Source of the DNA: Octopus bimaculoides
Taxonomy: Eukaryota
Assembly (NCBI RefSeq): GCF_001194135.2
Contig: NC_068995.1
Location: 3,700,902-3,748,207, forward strand
Direction of reading: 5' to 3'
Length of the DNA: 47,306 nt
The position numbers and the translations under genes are program-made. Shown here piece after piece: positions 12,426 to 25,370 of this stretch. Within the stretch, counting starts at the first letter, position 1. Each line of letters begins with the position of its first letter. The notes beneath the pieces are model-generated. The model was not told the origin of the DNA, ran no database searches, and saw only the letters and a list, made by a program, of their open reading frames with translations.

Positions 12426-13287
12426 CGTTGCTACATTCAGACATGCAGCTGTGTAGCTAGAATTCCAAAGTTGCATCAATAATGAGTTTGTTTAAGGATA
12501 AAGGAATTAGACTTATCGCGCATATTCATCTTGGCTGACAAAATTGTAGGATTGATAGCAGTAAAATAGAATTAGTAAACCATTGTTTTATAATTTAGTT
12601 TGAAGATGGCGGGCGATGCCCATAACTAATCTCGATCAGTGAAATTTATAAGTTTGTATATGTTTTTATGCTGGAGNNNNNNNNNNNNNNNNNNNNNNNN
12701 NNNNNNNNNNNNNNNNNNNNNNNNNNNNNNNNNNNNNNNNNNNNNNNNNNNNNNNNNNNNNNNNNNNNNNNNNNNNNNNNNNNNNNNNNNNNNNNNNNNN
12801 NNNNNNNNNNNNNNNNNNNNNNNNNNNNNNNNNNNNNNNNNNAAACAGGAATTACACGGCTCCGAAGTAGGAATTTTAAAGAAATTTTAAAGCGGTCAAA
12901 TTTTAATAATGAGAAATAAATCCAAACTGGAATTGTGCCCACTGAAACGGTACTGTCAATACTGTATAGTCTATACAATTAAATTTGATATGGGCGATTC
13001 TTTCTTGTATTGAGATTCACGGTCAAACTGTTGGGTGGAATTGCGCGAAAAATTACACAGATGTGTAGAATGATCCGCTGGTAATGCTGGGCTTTGTATT
13101 TTTTCATAGCTCTCATGGTTACCGAGATAATCTACTATAATAATACTCTTGTGTTTAGGAATAAGGAAGGAAGGGGTGATGTCACACTTAGTAGTGGGAT
13201 GATGAAAATTGTACTCTGAAAAAATAAATCAAACAGCGTTTCAGTTCTGTGTGAATATATGTGCGTGTATGTAAAAGGGGAGTATGT

Positions 13288-13316
13288 AAATGTGTGTGTG
13301 TGTGTGTGTTTGTGTA

Positions 13317-13384
<68 letters not shown>

Positions 13385-13417
13385 TGTGTGTGTGTATGTG
13401 TATTTGTGTATGTGTTT

Positions 13418-13448
<31 letters not shown>

Positions 13449-13450
13449 CG
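13288..13450. repeat. (TG)n microsatellite ending in (CG)n
   Basis: About 75 TG units with point interruptions, then cgcgcgcgcg. Confidence 0.95.
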
Positions 13451-14464
13451 CACGCAATAGAAATGGGATGGTTCATCTTTCTTCGCTTAGTATTTGGGTT
13501 TATTTTTTGATTTGGTTGAATCTTGGTTGTTTTTTTTCTTGCTGGTCAGTTATTTTTAGCGTTTTGACAGAAAAAAGTCATTACAACCACATCATCCAAA
13601 CCGATCAGGTGAAACCGGGCTTAGCTGCTAGTTAAATATAAAACGAACGTCAATAAACACATCTGAAAAAAACGATCACGAGTCAACAGTTCAGAGTAAA
13701 TAAATGTCATAATAAAATGTCATGAGAACGATAAAAAGCGAGAATCAAAACGATGCCATCCAAATTCATCTATATTACGTTAGATCCGAACGTGAATATG
13801 TTAATTGTTGATGTGTTTCGTCACTGGAGAACATCTGCTTTCCGACGAATGAGCGTTCATAACATACTCGCCTCATTAGCGTAAGGGGACTTCATGACGC
13901 CAGATGCTTCGATATCATTGTGTCTTCTCTGCCCAAAGCAATCTTGAAGTAATGAATTTAAGAAGAATTTGTGGCTCTTATAAATTTAGCAAACAAATTA
14001 TTTACTGCTGCGTGCTGACACCCGCCAAACGATAACAAATCGTTATGTTCAGACCGTTAATAAATGTCATTTTACACTTAATTCCGTTTAGAGAAGATTT
14101 AATTATTGAGTTTAAAAAGGTCGTCCATATTAATATAATTCTCAACAGACTATTAACAATTCTGGTTGTTATAAGTTGCTCTTTCACAAGGTATAATGTA
14201 CCTGTAGTGTTGTTACATACATTGACTAAAGTACGAAGACACCTCAAAAACATTTGTGTGAGATAACCTTAGACCAAAACTAACAGGGTTTCTTCGGTTT
14301 TCTAGCCTAGTTTCGCTGCATGCAGGCCACAGTAGATATTAAATCAAATAGAAATTTTGTTGTTTGAGGATTCCATTATTATCCTCTTTTATTTTCTGAT
14401 GGCTGCCCCAAAGACATGCTTAGGCATTCAGTCAACTATGAACAAAAATTTCTTTTCTAATTTC

Positions 14465-14860
14465 GTTGCATCCCAACCACATGGTTCCGGGTTCAGTTCT
14501 ACTGCATGGCACTTTGAGAAAATGTCTTCTGCTATAGTCTCGGGCCGACCAAAACCTTGTGAGTGGATTTGGAAGACGGAAGCTGAAAGAAACCCGTCGT
14601 ATACATACACAGTGTGTGTTGTGTGCGTGTGTACCTGTGTGTGTTTTTGTGTCTTCCCCCCACCCACCGATTGGCGACCGGTGTTGGTGTATTTACGTCT
14701 CCGTAATCTAGCGGTTTGGCAAAACAAACTAGTAGAATAAGGATCAGATTAAACACAATAAATAAATACTGGAGTAAGTCGATACGTTCGACTAAAATTC
14801 TTTAAGGCGAGGCCCCAACATGGCTACAGTCTAATGACTGGAAGAAGTAAAAGATAAAAA
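14465..14860 (+). mobile_element. SINE family B copy, near full length
   Basis: cccaaccacatggttccgggttcag...gggccgaccaaaaccttgtgagtggatttgg...ccggtgttggtgtatttacg...ggccccaacatggctacagtc. Confidence 0.9.
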
Positions 14861-15481
14861 ATAAGAGACAGATTGTTCCAATAATTAGTACTGAATGAGT
14901 AAAATGGTGAAAAAGATTCCTTCGTGACTGTTTTCTCTAAGGGGGAAATGGAACAAAATTTGGGGGAAATGTTGGACCTAAAAGAAAACAAATGTAACCT
15001 GTGACCCTAAGAATTTCTTTTCTAGACCATTCTATATAAGGACCGGATGATATATGAACAACATCCAGGAAACGTTTTTGCCAAATATTTAGTTCTGGGT
15101 CTTGGAGAAAGTCTTTTAGAAGTAATGGAAATGCCATTTTTTCCCCATGATTTTTTCCCTTTGTTATGCGTAAGAGGGGGATTGTGGAGTAGCCATTTCA
15201 AAGAGGTTGATCAAAAGAATATTGAGTTAGAAAACAAAGATGTCGATAAGATGATCAAGTGATATCTAAGTGATGACAGAATAGCAGAATGGGTGAATGG
15301 CAGAATGACAGAATGCCAGAATGGCAGATATAATCAACGGAAAGAAATTGAAGAAAGATTCTAGAATTAATAGGATTGTCAGAACACGTGATCAAATTTG
15401 ATGTTTCATTTCATGGTAGAGTGAATATTTTCTTCAGGAATCATCTAACAAATATAGAAACTTAGTGAGCCATTATGACAG

Positions 15482-15555
<74 letters not shown>
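15482..15555. repeat. (ATCT)n tetranucleotide microsatellite
   Basis: About 18 perfect units. Confidence 0.95.
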
Positions 15556-17272
15556 CACCGTGTCAAGATTATCTCTCTGTAGCATTATCGACCTCCGTCC
15601 TAATCGTTCTGTCTTTAAGAGACAGAAAACATTTATTTTGCAGCAAATAATTTGCAGTATCAGTCGGTTCACCTTTTGAAAACTGTCAGTGTTTTAATTT
15701 GGTAGTTTCTTCGACATATTAAATAAATCCAGAGCTTCTCATTCGCTTACGAATATAAATTCTACAATTGCTCTTTTCTTTCATTTCTAGAATGCAACAC
15801 ACACACATACACACGCACACTCACAGCATACATACATACATACATATGTATATTAATGTTTGTCTTTATGTTCACATATAATAAAAGCAATTTTTTTTTA
15901 TTAAACTGAGGGTGTTACTCTATACTTTAGTCGAGTACAAATTTGTTATTCTTATATAAGAATGTTGTTGACATTGACTTCAAAATTTCTGCCTGCTAAG
16001 TGCACTGTCAATAATATTATTGTTTTAGTATGATATATAAATTACATGGAAAAATGTGTTAGTGTGAGTGTGTGTATATATATGTATATACTTCCTTTTT
16101 GTAACGATGAATCTCGAAGCCTTCGGATTTATCTAAAAGAGCTTTAAACCCAATCTTTGCAAGCGTTTATTCAGAGATTTATGTGCTTCGACCTTCACCA
16201 TTTCAAAAGAAAGAATTATTTTACGTTCCCTCGGAAGTTCATAAATTCTAACGACGTCAACATGCATGCATACTTGCAATGCATACACACACATACGTAC
16301 ACACATACATACACACACGCACGCATACATACTCACATAAATGCATGCATGCATACACACACATTTTATATATCTACATAAGTCTTTGTCTCTTTTGTAA
16401 ATGTCAAGTTCAAATGTCATTACAAGATAATTGTCTTAAATTTGTCGTTAACTGAAATAAAATATTTTGGTTCAGACCTAGGCCGAGGTTGCGTAACCTG
16501 AAGAACATTAGAGAATTAAAGTGATCGCCGAAATGTTGACGAGATTAAACATATCGAATGATGAGATCAATATTCCGATGACCGTATTCCTGCATATAGA
16601 TAATCTGATCGGAACCATTACATTATGTCTCCTGTTGACTACAACAATATCTTCCTCTTGCTATTTCTCCCTCTGAAAATAAAGAACAGAATTCCACACA
16701 CTATCTTAAACGAAATTCATTCCATGAAATCTGTTGATAATTGATTACTGAAGTCACATAACTTGTATTTTAAGGGCCAAAGGAAAAGCCTTGATTATAT
16801 TTGTGTGGTTTAAAAAAATATTTTACGTCATTTAATTAGAAGAGGAAGAACCATATTCCTGATTCATCTAAGGAAATATTCCTGATTCATCTTGAAATCT
16901 GAGAGAGTGAGGAATGAAAGAGGAAAATATCCTCAAACCAAAAATGCTTGAAACAATGATTTCTGCTAAACGCAGTTTAGCAAAGCCAAACCTAGATTTA
17001 CTTGTCGTTTGGGTTACAGAAATTCTGAGATTGCAGGAATATTTTCCAAAGACAAAAAGGTATCGTCAAAATTAAATGTAATGCCTATTTTTGTATTCCT
17101 CAAACAGACCAGTCAAATTCCTGAAGTGAAGAATTTCTGGCAGAAATTCAGGTCTGGTGTTATCTGAGTAGATCTTGTGAGATTTGGCCTGTTGTTGAAA
17201 TGTCCTTATCATTTATTAATGGAAATTCGACCAGGAAACGAAGCAAGGAATCAATATTTTCCTAAGCTTCAT

Positions 17273-17690
17273 AGGTGGTGAGCTGACAGAATCGTTACCG
17301 CGCTGGACAACGGCGTTTCTTCCGACTTTACATTCTGTGTTCAAATGCTGCCGCGGTCGACTTCACATTTTATCCTTTCGGCTTCGATAAAATAAGTACC
17401 AGTTGAATACTGGGGTCGATGTAATTGACTTACCCCTTCCCTCGAACTTGCAGGCTATGTGATAAAATTTTTAATATTTAAGGTAACAGAATCGTTACAA
17501 CGCTGAGCAAAAAGCATAGCGGCGTTTCGTCCGTCTTTACATTCTGAGTTCAAATGCCATCGAGGTCAACTTTGCCTTTCATCCATTCGGGGTCGATAAA
17601 ATAAATGCCAGTTGTGGGATGGGGTCGATATAATCGATTTATCTCTTCAACCGAACTTGCCGGTGTTGTGCCAAAGTTTGAATTCAACAT
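17273..17690 (+). mobile_element. Two tandem SINE family A copies
   Basis: Two successive acagaatcgtta...gttcaaatg...gtcga/cgataaaataa units at about 17273-17475 and 17482-17690. Confidence 0.9.
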
Positions 17691-17956
17691 TTTTCTCATC
17701 TGCAATACAATGAGAAAGAACTGATAATATATCGTCTGTGATGGGTTGATACGCTTAAACTTTTCTCTTTTCTACAGACCATGATCTCTGGACTCTACTA
17801 ACTTTCATTCGTTTTCTGTTCCAATGCTTTCGTTGGTTTTCTTCATCACACAATTTCTACATTTTGCACTGATCCAGCAACTTAGATGAAAAAATAAAAA
17901 AATAGATAAAATTAAAAAGAAAAATCAAGATACAGTTTTAAGAAGTTCAATATTTA

Positions 17957-18187
17957 TTAAATCGAAAGTCCGCATTAGCGGGCGCGATTTGGTTTGCCTG
18001 CACCCCAGGAAGACGCAAAAGTGGGCTGTTCGATAGTTTTGTACTTATGGCTCGCTAATTCTACAAAAAAAAAAAAACATCGTTACTTTTAGTCGTAAAG
18101 ACAAAACCATGCGGCGCAAGTTTTTTGTGCCTTTCTGGAGTATTAAAGTGAAACAAAATCGCGTCCGCAGTGGATTTGAAGAGTTAA
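17957..18187. mobile_element. piggyBac-like MITE (TTAA ends, about 65-bp imperfect TIRs)
   Basis: Left cgggcgcgatttggtttg...ccaggaagacgcaaaa versus reverse-complemented right cggacgcgattttgtttc...ccagaaaggcacaaaa; TTAA at 17957-17960 and 18184-18187. Confidence 0.6.
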
Positions 18188-18209
18188 TAACACATCCAAG
18201 TTCCAGTGC

Positions 18210-18415
18210 TATACAAGGCCTGAAAATTTTGGAGAAGACATAAATCAGTTATATCGACCCAGTGCTTAACTGTTACTTACTTTATCGACTTCGAAAGGAC
18301 AAAAGGCAGAGTGGACTACAGCGGAGTTTGAACATGAGCTCAGAACGTAAATCCGGAAGAAATGCAGTTAAGTATTTTGTTCGGCAAGCCAAGGATACTA
18401 CCACCTCGCCACTTT
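18210..18415 (-). mobile_element. SINE family A copy
   Basis: atcgacccagtgcttaactg...tttatcgacttcgaaagga...ctcagaacgtaaatccggaagaaatgc. Confidence 0.85.
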
Positions 18416-19288
18416 ATTGTAGAAAGTTAATACTCAATATTACACTGGCAAAATACACAAGATCGATATCAATCTTCATTCAGAGATAATTAAAACATAA
18501 CAAAATTTAATTCATACATAAAAGAAGGCAGACTTTTGTCAATAGACTTGGCAAGTTGAAAATATACTACGAGACATTTACACTTTAAGCAATTATTTAT
18601 TATTTATTACTGGGTATCCTGTCTTAAACTTCCATCACAAATTAATCACAACAGTCAAAAGTTCATTATATATGAGATATCTAATTACACACAATAATTA
18701 CTAATTTATTGCAGTAAATTTAATAGACAATGTCAGTTTGCTCATTATTCGTATTTCACACTCTTCCATGTTGTGTTCGAGAAGACATATATTGTGTTAT
18801 AATTCAACACCATTTTCATCCGTTACTCACCCCTGCTACACAATGCAGCATTTCTTTTTTTTTGCCGTAGAAGTTTTAGCTTTCTGGCACTCCATTGTTT
18901 ACGACGACGAGTGCCCCCGTTTATCCGATCAATGGAATAGCCTGCCCATGAAATTAATGTGCAAGCGGTTGAACAATCCGTTGGCACGCATTCTCTTCAC
19001 GTAGTTCTTCGGAAGATTCAGCATGTATGTATATATCTTATTATTGAATGAGAGAGCAGTGGGTGCCATCAAATTGATACTGGGGTAAAATATACGAAAC
19101 CCAGTATACCCATCGTGACTACCCATCCAATAAGGGTACATCATGCACATGCATCACAACCATCTGTGCGCAACAGGGTGATCTCATATCAAGATAAACA
19201 GCGCATGACCTTGCAGGTGGGGCCCAGTTAGGATTTTCTTCAGGTCGAGTAGCCCATCCCGCTCAAAAGGTCCCTGTATGCATGTATG

Positions 19289-19322
<34 letters not shown>

Positions 19323-20215
19323 TGTATGTATGTATGTATGTATGCATGCATGTATGTATGAATAAGCAGTATATAAAATGGAACGGTTTTTATAAAGATA
19401 ATTTAGAGTTTATATTCATCGATTCTTTATTTACAAATGAAATAGCCAATTTCAAGTATCTAGAGGTCCTTGGAGTCCATAAAGGCCCAATTCTTAATCC
19501 AACTTAATCCATGCGTGCGTCCAAGAGCCAGATGGAAATTTTAAACTGGGCGGCGGAGTAAGTTTATTACCTAAAAAAATACCCCAAATAAACAGAAACA
19601 AAAATCAGGAATTGTACTACTGACAGGCTTCCATACACTTTCCCTTTCTTTAATTTAGTCTCCACGGTATTAGTCGACCAAAAATTATGGTAAGAATGTC
19701 TTGTCCGCGGCGCTACGAAGTGGGATTGTTTTGCTAAAGGTAAGCATTCTTGAATATGTCTAAATGTTACATTATTCAACTCTCGTCCCAGCGGGGAAGC
19801 TGTCATAATATATCTAAACATAGCAAAATGAATGCAATAAAGCGAGTACACGCACACGCACATACACACACTCACACACACATACACACACACGCATGCA
19901 CACACACACACACATGCACGCACACACACACACATACACACACACACACACACACGCATGCACACACACNNNNNNNNNNACACACACACACATGCACGCA
20001 CACACACACACACATACACACACACACACACACGCATGCACACACACACACACACACACGCACACGCATACACGCGTATTACTCCCTCTTTATATATACA
20101 TTGATATATATATATATTTATATGCATATCTATCTATATTTATATATGGCTATCTATACACACATATAGACATACACATATATAGATAATATATAACGTA
20201 TATTCATATATACAT

Positions 20216-20276
<61 letters not shown>

Positions 20277-20294
20277 ATAATTTTTTTCCCAGAG

Positions 20295-20354
<60 letters not shown>

Positions 20355-20959
20355 TATACATATATACATATAACGTATACACATATATATATATATACAT
20401 ATATACGTATATATACTCACACACACACGCAGACACACACACACATATGCACACACACACATATGCACACACACGCACACACACATACGCGCACGCGCGC
20501 TCATATTGTAAGATTTGCAAATTTCCGACAGAGCTGCTTTGTGCTGTGTTGGCATTGATAAGCAGTTTCATATTTATCATTATTTATCATGTTAATCACG
20601 ATTTTCGTGTTCGATTATAACTTCGTAATTTGTTTTTAGATCGTGAGGTGATATAATATAACGCCTTACCGAATGATAGTGTTGCTTCTGTTGCAATGAA
20701 ACCGGAAAATATAGATCGGGCTTTTGTTCTAAGGGGGAGATAAACGATCTCTCAAAACTGCTTTTAATATGCCAGAAGTTCGTCAGACACATCTGTATAG
20801 AGCTCTGTATTGGGTACACATACTACGGTGTGTGGGTTTAGAGGTAAGAAATTAGCGGAGTCCTTATTGTGGTGGTATTTATTAAGGCACACAAGACAAA
20901 GTCAGAAATAGAGAGTGATCCTAATTTATCTTTTAATCTTTAATCTTTTTCTTGTTCTA

Positions 20960-21470
20960 GTCATTGGATTGCGGTCATGCTGGATCACCGCCTTAAAGAG
21001 ATTAGTCCAGGCGTTCTCAATCATTTTCTTTTTATCTATAGACCCCTTTGATTATTATTTTATTCTGGTGGACCCCCATAGCTATTCGATATATTAAAGC
21101 TGGTTTATAGAAATGTTATCCAAAATCTCTGTTTTGTTTAACATACATTAACTTGTTTAGGTTGGACTTTGTAAAATGTTTGAGAAAGAACGCAAGCTGT
21201 TTCTGGCTATTTACACCAAAATCTTTTCAGGGAGCTCTCAAAATGCTATTGCGCATGTCCGATTTACAATTTTGTTGATGGACCCCCGCTCCGCCCCTTA
21301 AATCTTATATCGACCCTCAGGGGCCATAAGGTCCTCAGTTGAGAACCAATGATTTAGTCGACCGAATAATTTTCTCTTTAAGCCTGGTAATTTTATTATC
21401 GGTCTTTATTGCCGAACGGCTGTATTACGGGAACACAAATAAACTAACACCGTTGGTCAGACACAAACGC
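20960..21470 (-). mobile_element. SINE family B 3' part, split by a hAT MITE
   Basis: gtcattggattgcggtcatgctggatcaccgcctt (20960-21000) and taagcctggta...atcggtctttattgccgaac (21360-21470) align to uninterrupted 29570-29720. Confidence 0.75.
21008..21351. mobile_element. hAT-like MITE
   Basis: TIRs caggcgttctcaat / gttgagaaccaatg (10 of 14 match); 8-bp flanks gattagtc / atttagtc (6 of 8); several subterminal ggacccc motifs. Confidence 0.7.
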
Positions 21471-21488
21471 AAAGATTCATGCACACAC

Positions 21489-21847
21489 CAAGCTTTGAAG
21501 AATAAAAGACCCTCTTTAGTGAATCGAAAAGGAGTGATATTTCATCAGGACAATGCGCGACACCACACTGCAAAGATCACATCACAGAAGATCGAAGAGC
21601 TTGGTTGGGAAAACATTCCTCATCCACCTTATTCCCTCGACCTTGCTCCTTCAGACTACCATTTGTTTCGTAGTTTACAGAATCATTTGGGGGACAGAAT
21701 TATTTCGCAAGCTAGGAGGAGGTCGCGACTGACATTTCAGAGTTCTTTGCTTTGAAACCAAAAGAGTTTTACATTGATGGGATTAAAAAGCTTGTAAATA
21801 GATGGAAGGAAGTCATAGATAATCAAGGAAAGTACATTGATGATTGA
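21489..21847 (+). pseudogene. mariner (DD34D) transposase C-terminal fragment, frameshifted
   Basis: LKNKRPSLVNRKGVIFHQDNARHHTAKITSQKIEELGWENIPHPPYSLDLAPSDYHLFRSLQNHL, then frameshift and stop, then EEVATDISEFFALKPKEFYIDGIKKLVNRWKEVIDNQGKYIDD*; 34 residues between catalytic Ds. Confidence 0.95.
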
Positions 21848-21999
21848 ATTTCAATTAAAAATAACATNNNNNNNNNNNNNNNNNNNNNNNNNNNNNNNNN
21901 NNNNNNNNNNNNNNNNNNNNNNNNNNNNNNNNNNNNNNNNNNNNNNNNNNNNNNNNNNNNNNNNNNNNNNNNNNNNNNNNNNNNNNNNNNNNNNNNNNN

Positions 22000-22030
<31 letters not shown>

Positions 22031-22296
22031 GTCTGTACAGTAGTTTTACTGAATCGTTCTTCATATTGTAACATTGTTATCGTAGCGTGACATATTTTAG
22101 TTTCCACGAACATTTCATCCACAGAAAGGAAACTCTCAAGATTTTGACGTCGTTCGTTGTATTTCGGGCGTCACCTCTGCTACCTTCTCCCATCCCAGTA
22201 TTATGTCTAACCCAACAAGTAAACACTCTTATCTACGAACACATGGAGGCCATATCGTGCTGCGCTGCCAATCGCAATGTAGTGCACAGCGCGTAA

Positions 22297-22434
22297 TTAT
22301 CATTTTCATCATCATCATAATCGTCATTATTATTGTTGATGTTGTTGTTATTATTGTTGTTGTCGTTCTTGTTCTTGTCGCTGCTGCTGCTGTTCCTCCT
22401 CATACTACTTATTGTTATAATAATAACAATAATG

Positions 22435-22519
<85 letters not shown>

Positions 22520-22535
22520 TTTTTATTATTATGAT
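22297..22535. repeat. Compound trinucleotide array ending in (ATT)n
   Basis: ATC, GTT, GCT, CCT, ACT, AAT and ATT runs in succession. Confidence 0.9.
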
Positions 22536-22673
22536 ATGAAGAAATAGCAGTAAATCAAAGTGTTTTATATGAATGCCATTTACTTATAAAACAACGTGAA
22601 TTGTCGTCCATCTATCACACACACATACACACACACATACATACATACATACATGCATACATGCATGCATACA

Positions 22674-22706
<33 letters not shown>

Positions 22707-23484
22707 GTACATATATTAACATAAATATAATTTCCAAGAAAACAGATTTATTTGCACAGGAATTACTTTTATGATCCATAAATTTTAGCAATTTGTTATG
22801 ATTTGACTTATGAACAAATGAGAATGGTCGACAGTTATCACAATCAGCAGTTTTATTTCATGTTTTCGTATAAAAAATTCCAGAATGACACAAGGAATTA
22901 CTTCGATGACACAACATTCAATGTAATCTTCTTTAGAAGCCATTTTTTCATAGCATGAATCAGTGAAATAATGGCAGCAATAGGTAAATGAAGGTCTCTT
23001 CAATTTCTCGATTCCTACTCAACAAGTATATGGATCTTTCGTCATTTTCAACGATGAGTATTCATTTATTCGACCAACGGAATCGCTTGCCCTTTGATCT
23101 AGCCTCTAAATAGCTGGGGCATTCCACAATCACTCGTATCCTTGACATCATTTTCGGGCAGAATGAGCGCCACATGCCTTATATGGCAAGACTGGATCTT
23201 TAATTTATGGGTTCAACCACTTTCATAAGCTTCAGCATGGTTTCTCTCTGGCTAGTGTAACTCCCAATCTGAAGTTGATCCGAAGCTCTTGTCAGCTTTC
23301 TGAAAACTAACAAAACAAATATATGTCGAGATGATCACAGCTGGAATAACTTTTGATTATAAGCCTCCATGGCCTGAGGCTAAACCACAACTTCTTAAAT
23401 TTGTGCTTCTCCTGTATATTTCTATTTTGTGAATGTAATGAGGTTCATTAGGTATAACTATTTTTCCGTGTAACGCCGCGTGGC

Positions 23485-23720
23485 TTGGTTGTTGTGGTGT
23501 TGCACTCACGATTTCTAGGTCATGGGTTCGTTGTGTTCTTGAGCAAAACACTTCATTTCATTTTACTCCAGTCCATTGAGCTGTAAATGGGTAACTCTGC
23601 AACGGACTAGCTTTCCGACCGAGGGGGATGCTAGCCTGCTCGCCTAGCCAGCCGGATGGTGTCATTCGAAAGCTAAAAAAACGATGCAAAGCGCATTGTT
23701 ACTAGCGATCCATTACAACA
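23485..23720 (+). mobile_element. Third SINE-like element (tRNA-like head, CORE-like segment)
   Basis: gtggtgttgcactcacg...tgggttcg (A/B-box-like) then ttgtgttcttgagcaaaacacttcatttc; reverse-complement remnant near 39600-39680. Confidence 0.5.
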
Positions 23721-23889
23721 TCCGCTAGTCTGATCGATCACCTCATCACGTGATTATATAATGGTGGCACACAGTCAAGTTTCCAATAGCCCCCACCTCT
23801 TCTATGTATTTATATCGTGTCAATGTATTAAGGTTCATAAAGTTGATTAGAGCTCTCTGCTCTATATTTGCGCCATAGTGTCAAATTGC

Positions 23890-23949
<60 letters not shown>

Positions 23950-25059
23950 TATTTGTGAAATTGTGCCAAATTGACTTTAGCTCTCCCTTGTATATATGAG
24001 CCGACGTGATTAACGAACAACAACAACAACAACAAATCAATATTTCATTTCGCCCAGTGATAGACATTAGTTTCTAATGTCCTATTTTAGCGGGAAAGGA
24101 AAATGGAATCATATATCAATTTACGCACTTTGTGTGCTAAGATAGATTCTTAAAATTGCCTCGTACCTGACAATAGCGCCACATGTTTAACACAGCCTCT
24201 GTTTATCCATCTTTTCCTAATTTTCTAGTTTTCTTTTTATAACATTGTTGAATTTTTACTTGATTTCAACCTCGGAATATTTTCGTCACACATTCTGTTA
24301 TCTTTATAAGTATTTATGTTCAAGTGCTTTAAATAAAATTCGTAACGGTAAAAAAAAATAAAAAATGTAAAAAAGTAAAATATTTCTGATGGTATTTGAT
24401 TGTAGGCGGCACCGTTAGTGACGAAATAATTTAAATAGTAAAGAAAAGGGGGGTGGAAGGTTATGACATCTGGTTCTTATGAGTAGTGATGGTGGCAAAA
24501 ATGAAATGAAGTAGAACTATCCGAATTGAGAACCGACTTTGAGACGCTGTTCCTGTTCATGCGAAGCGCGCGCATTGCTTCCTTTGTGATTCTTACCAAT
24601 TAAGCCACCAAAATTATATTTATTATATTGCCAGACCATAAATTTACAAATGTCTTTCCATTGAATCACTTAACAGTCTGCCTTCTTTCAATATCGTCCA
24701 GTTAACGAGGAAATGAGTGTTTTTCTTCATTGGAAAAGCGCCAGAACTGTAAAAAAACATTCGACCTATTAAAAACGATGGTTTATAGTCTTGGTTATGA
24801 ACTAGGCCTAGCAATTATTCATGTTAATAGCATTGTTGTCAGTATATTGTTTAAATATCTTACGAACATTTAACATTGTGAAAAGAAAAAAATATTGATT
24901 ATATTTAAATATCGTTCGAAAAAATGTGATTTAAATGAAAAAGAAAATAGTACGTTGGGATGTTTATGCATCTCTACCGAATACAACTGGATATCGAAAA
25001 AAAACATCTGTTTCCTGCTCTATTGTCCTAGTTCTTAGTATATGCATTCTACGGTCTCC

Positions 25060-25100
<41 letters not shown>

Positions 25101-25123
25101 TGATGATGATGATGATGATAATG

Positions 25124-25205
<82 letters not shown>

Positions 25206-25212
25206 TAATAAT
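25060..25212. repeat. (AAT)n(GAT)n(AAT)n microsatellite at the tail of a minus-strand SINE A
   Basis: Direct reading; abuts the SINE at 25215. Confidence 0.95.
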
Positions 25213-25214
25213 CC

Positions 25215-25370
25215 TTTTTCTTACAGGAAGAAAGCCTGAAATTTTGGGAGAGGGAACTAGTCGAGTGTTCAACTGGTGCTTATTTTATCGACCCCGAAAG
25301 GATGAAAGGTAAAGTTTAGGACGGTGGACATTGAACTCAGAACTTATAGACTGATACAATGTCGTAAAGC
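25215..25370 (-). mobile_element. SINE family A copy
   Basis: caactggtgcttattttatcgaccccgaaaggatgaaaggtaaag...ttgaactcagaac. Confidence 0.85.

Noticed and set aside
12330-12460. PolyQ/P or mucin-like polyT reading frames
   Set aside because: Compound trinucleotide repeat with stops upstream and no splice signals
13775-13796. TAGATCCGAAC match to miR-100/miR-10 family
   Set aside because: Only 11 nt, the seed (ACCCGUA/ACCCUGU) is absent, and no hairpin partner is evident
13841-13870. CCGACGA-ATGA-GCGT-TCAT hammerhead-like start
   Set aside because: No GAAA after stem II and no stem I or III
16620-16690. Minus-strand acceptor tctgttctttattttcag followed by GEIARGRYCCSQQET*
   Set aside because: All frames close within 16 codons; such acceptors are common by chance in AT-rich DNA
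16843-16892. Short tandem duplications (also 36477-36540 and 39248-39280)
   Set aside because: Ordinary slippage duplications, two of them inside SINEs
18738-19280. GC-richer segment with ORFs on both strands; 19060-19277 resembles an octopus repeat from memory; CCGAAGA-AC-TAC-GT-GAAG on the minus strand near 19000
   Set aside because: No protein family recognised, no second copy in the window to support the repeat, and the HHR-like string lacks GAAA and stems
23200-23315. Minus-strand acceptor followed by KLTRASDQLQIGSYTSQRETMLKLMKVVEPIN*
   Set aside because: Short, no recognisable homology and no linked upstream exon; needs RNA-seq
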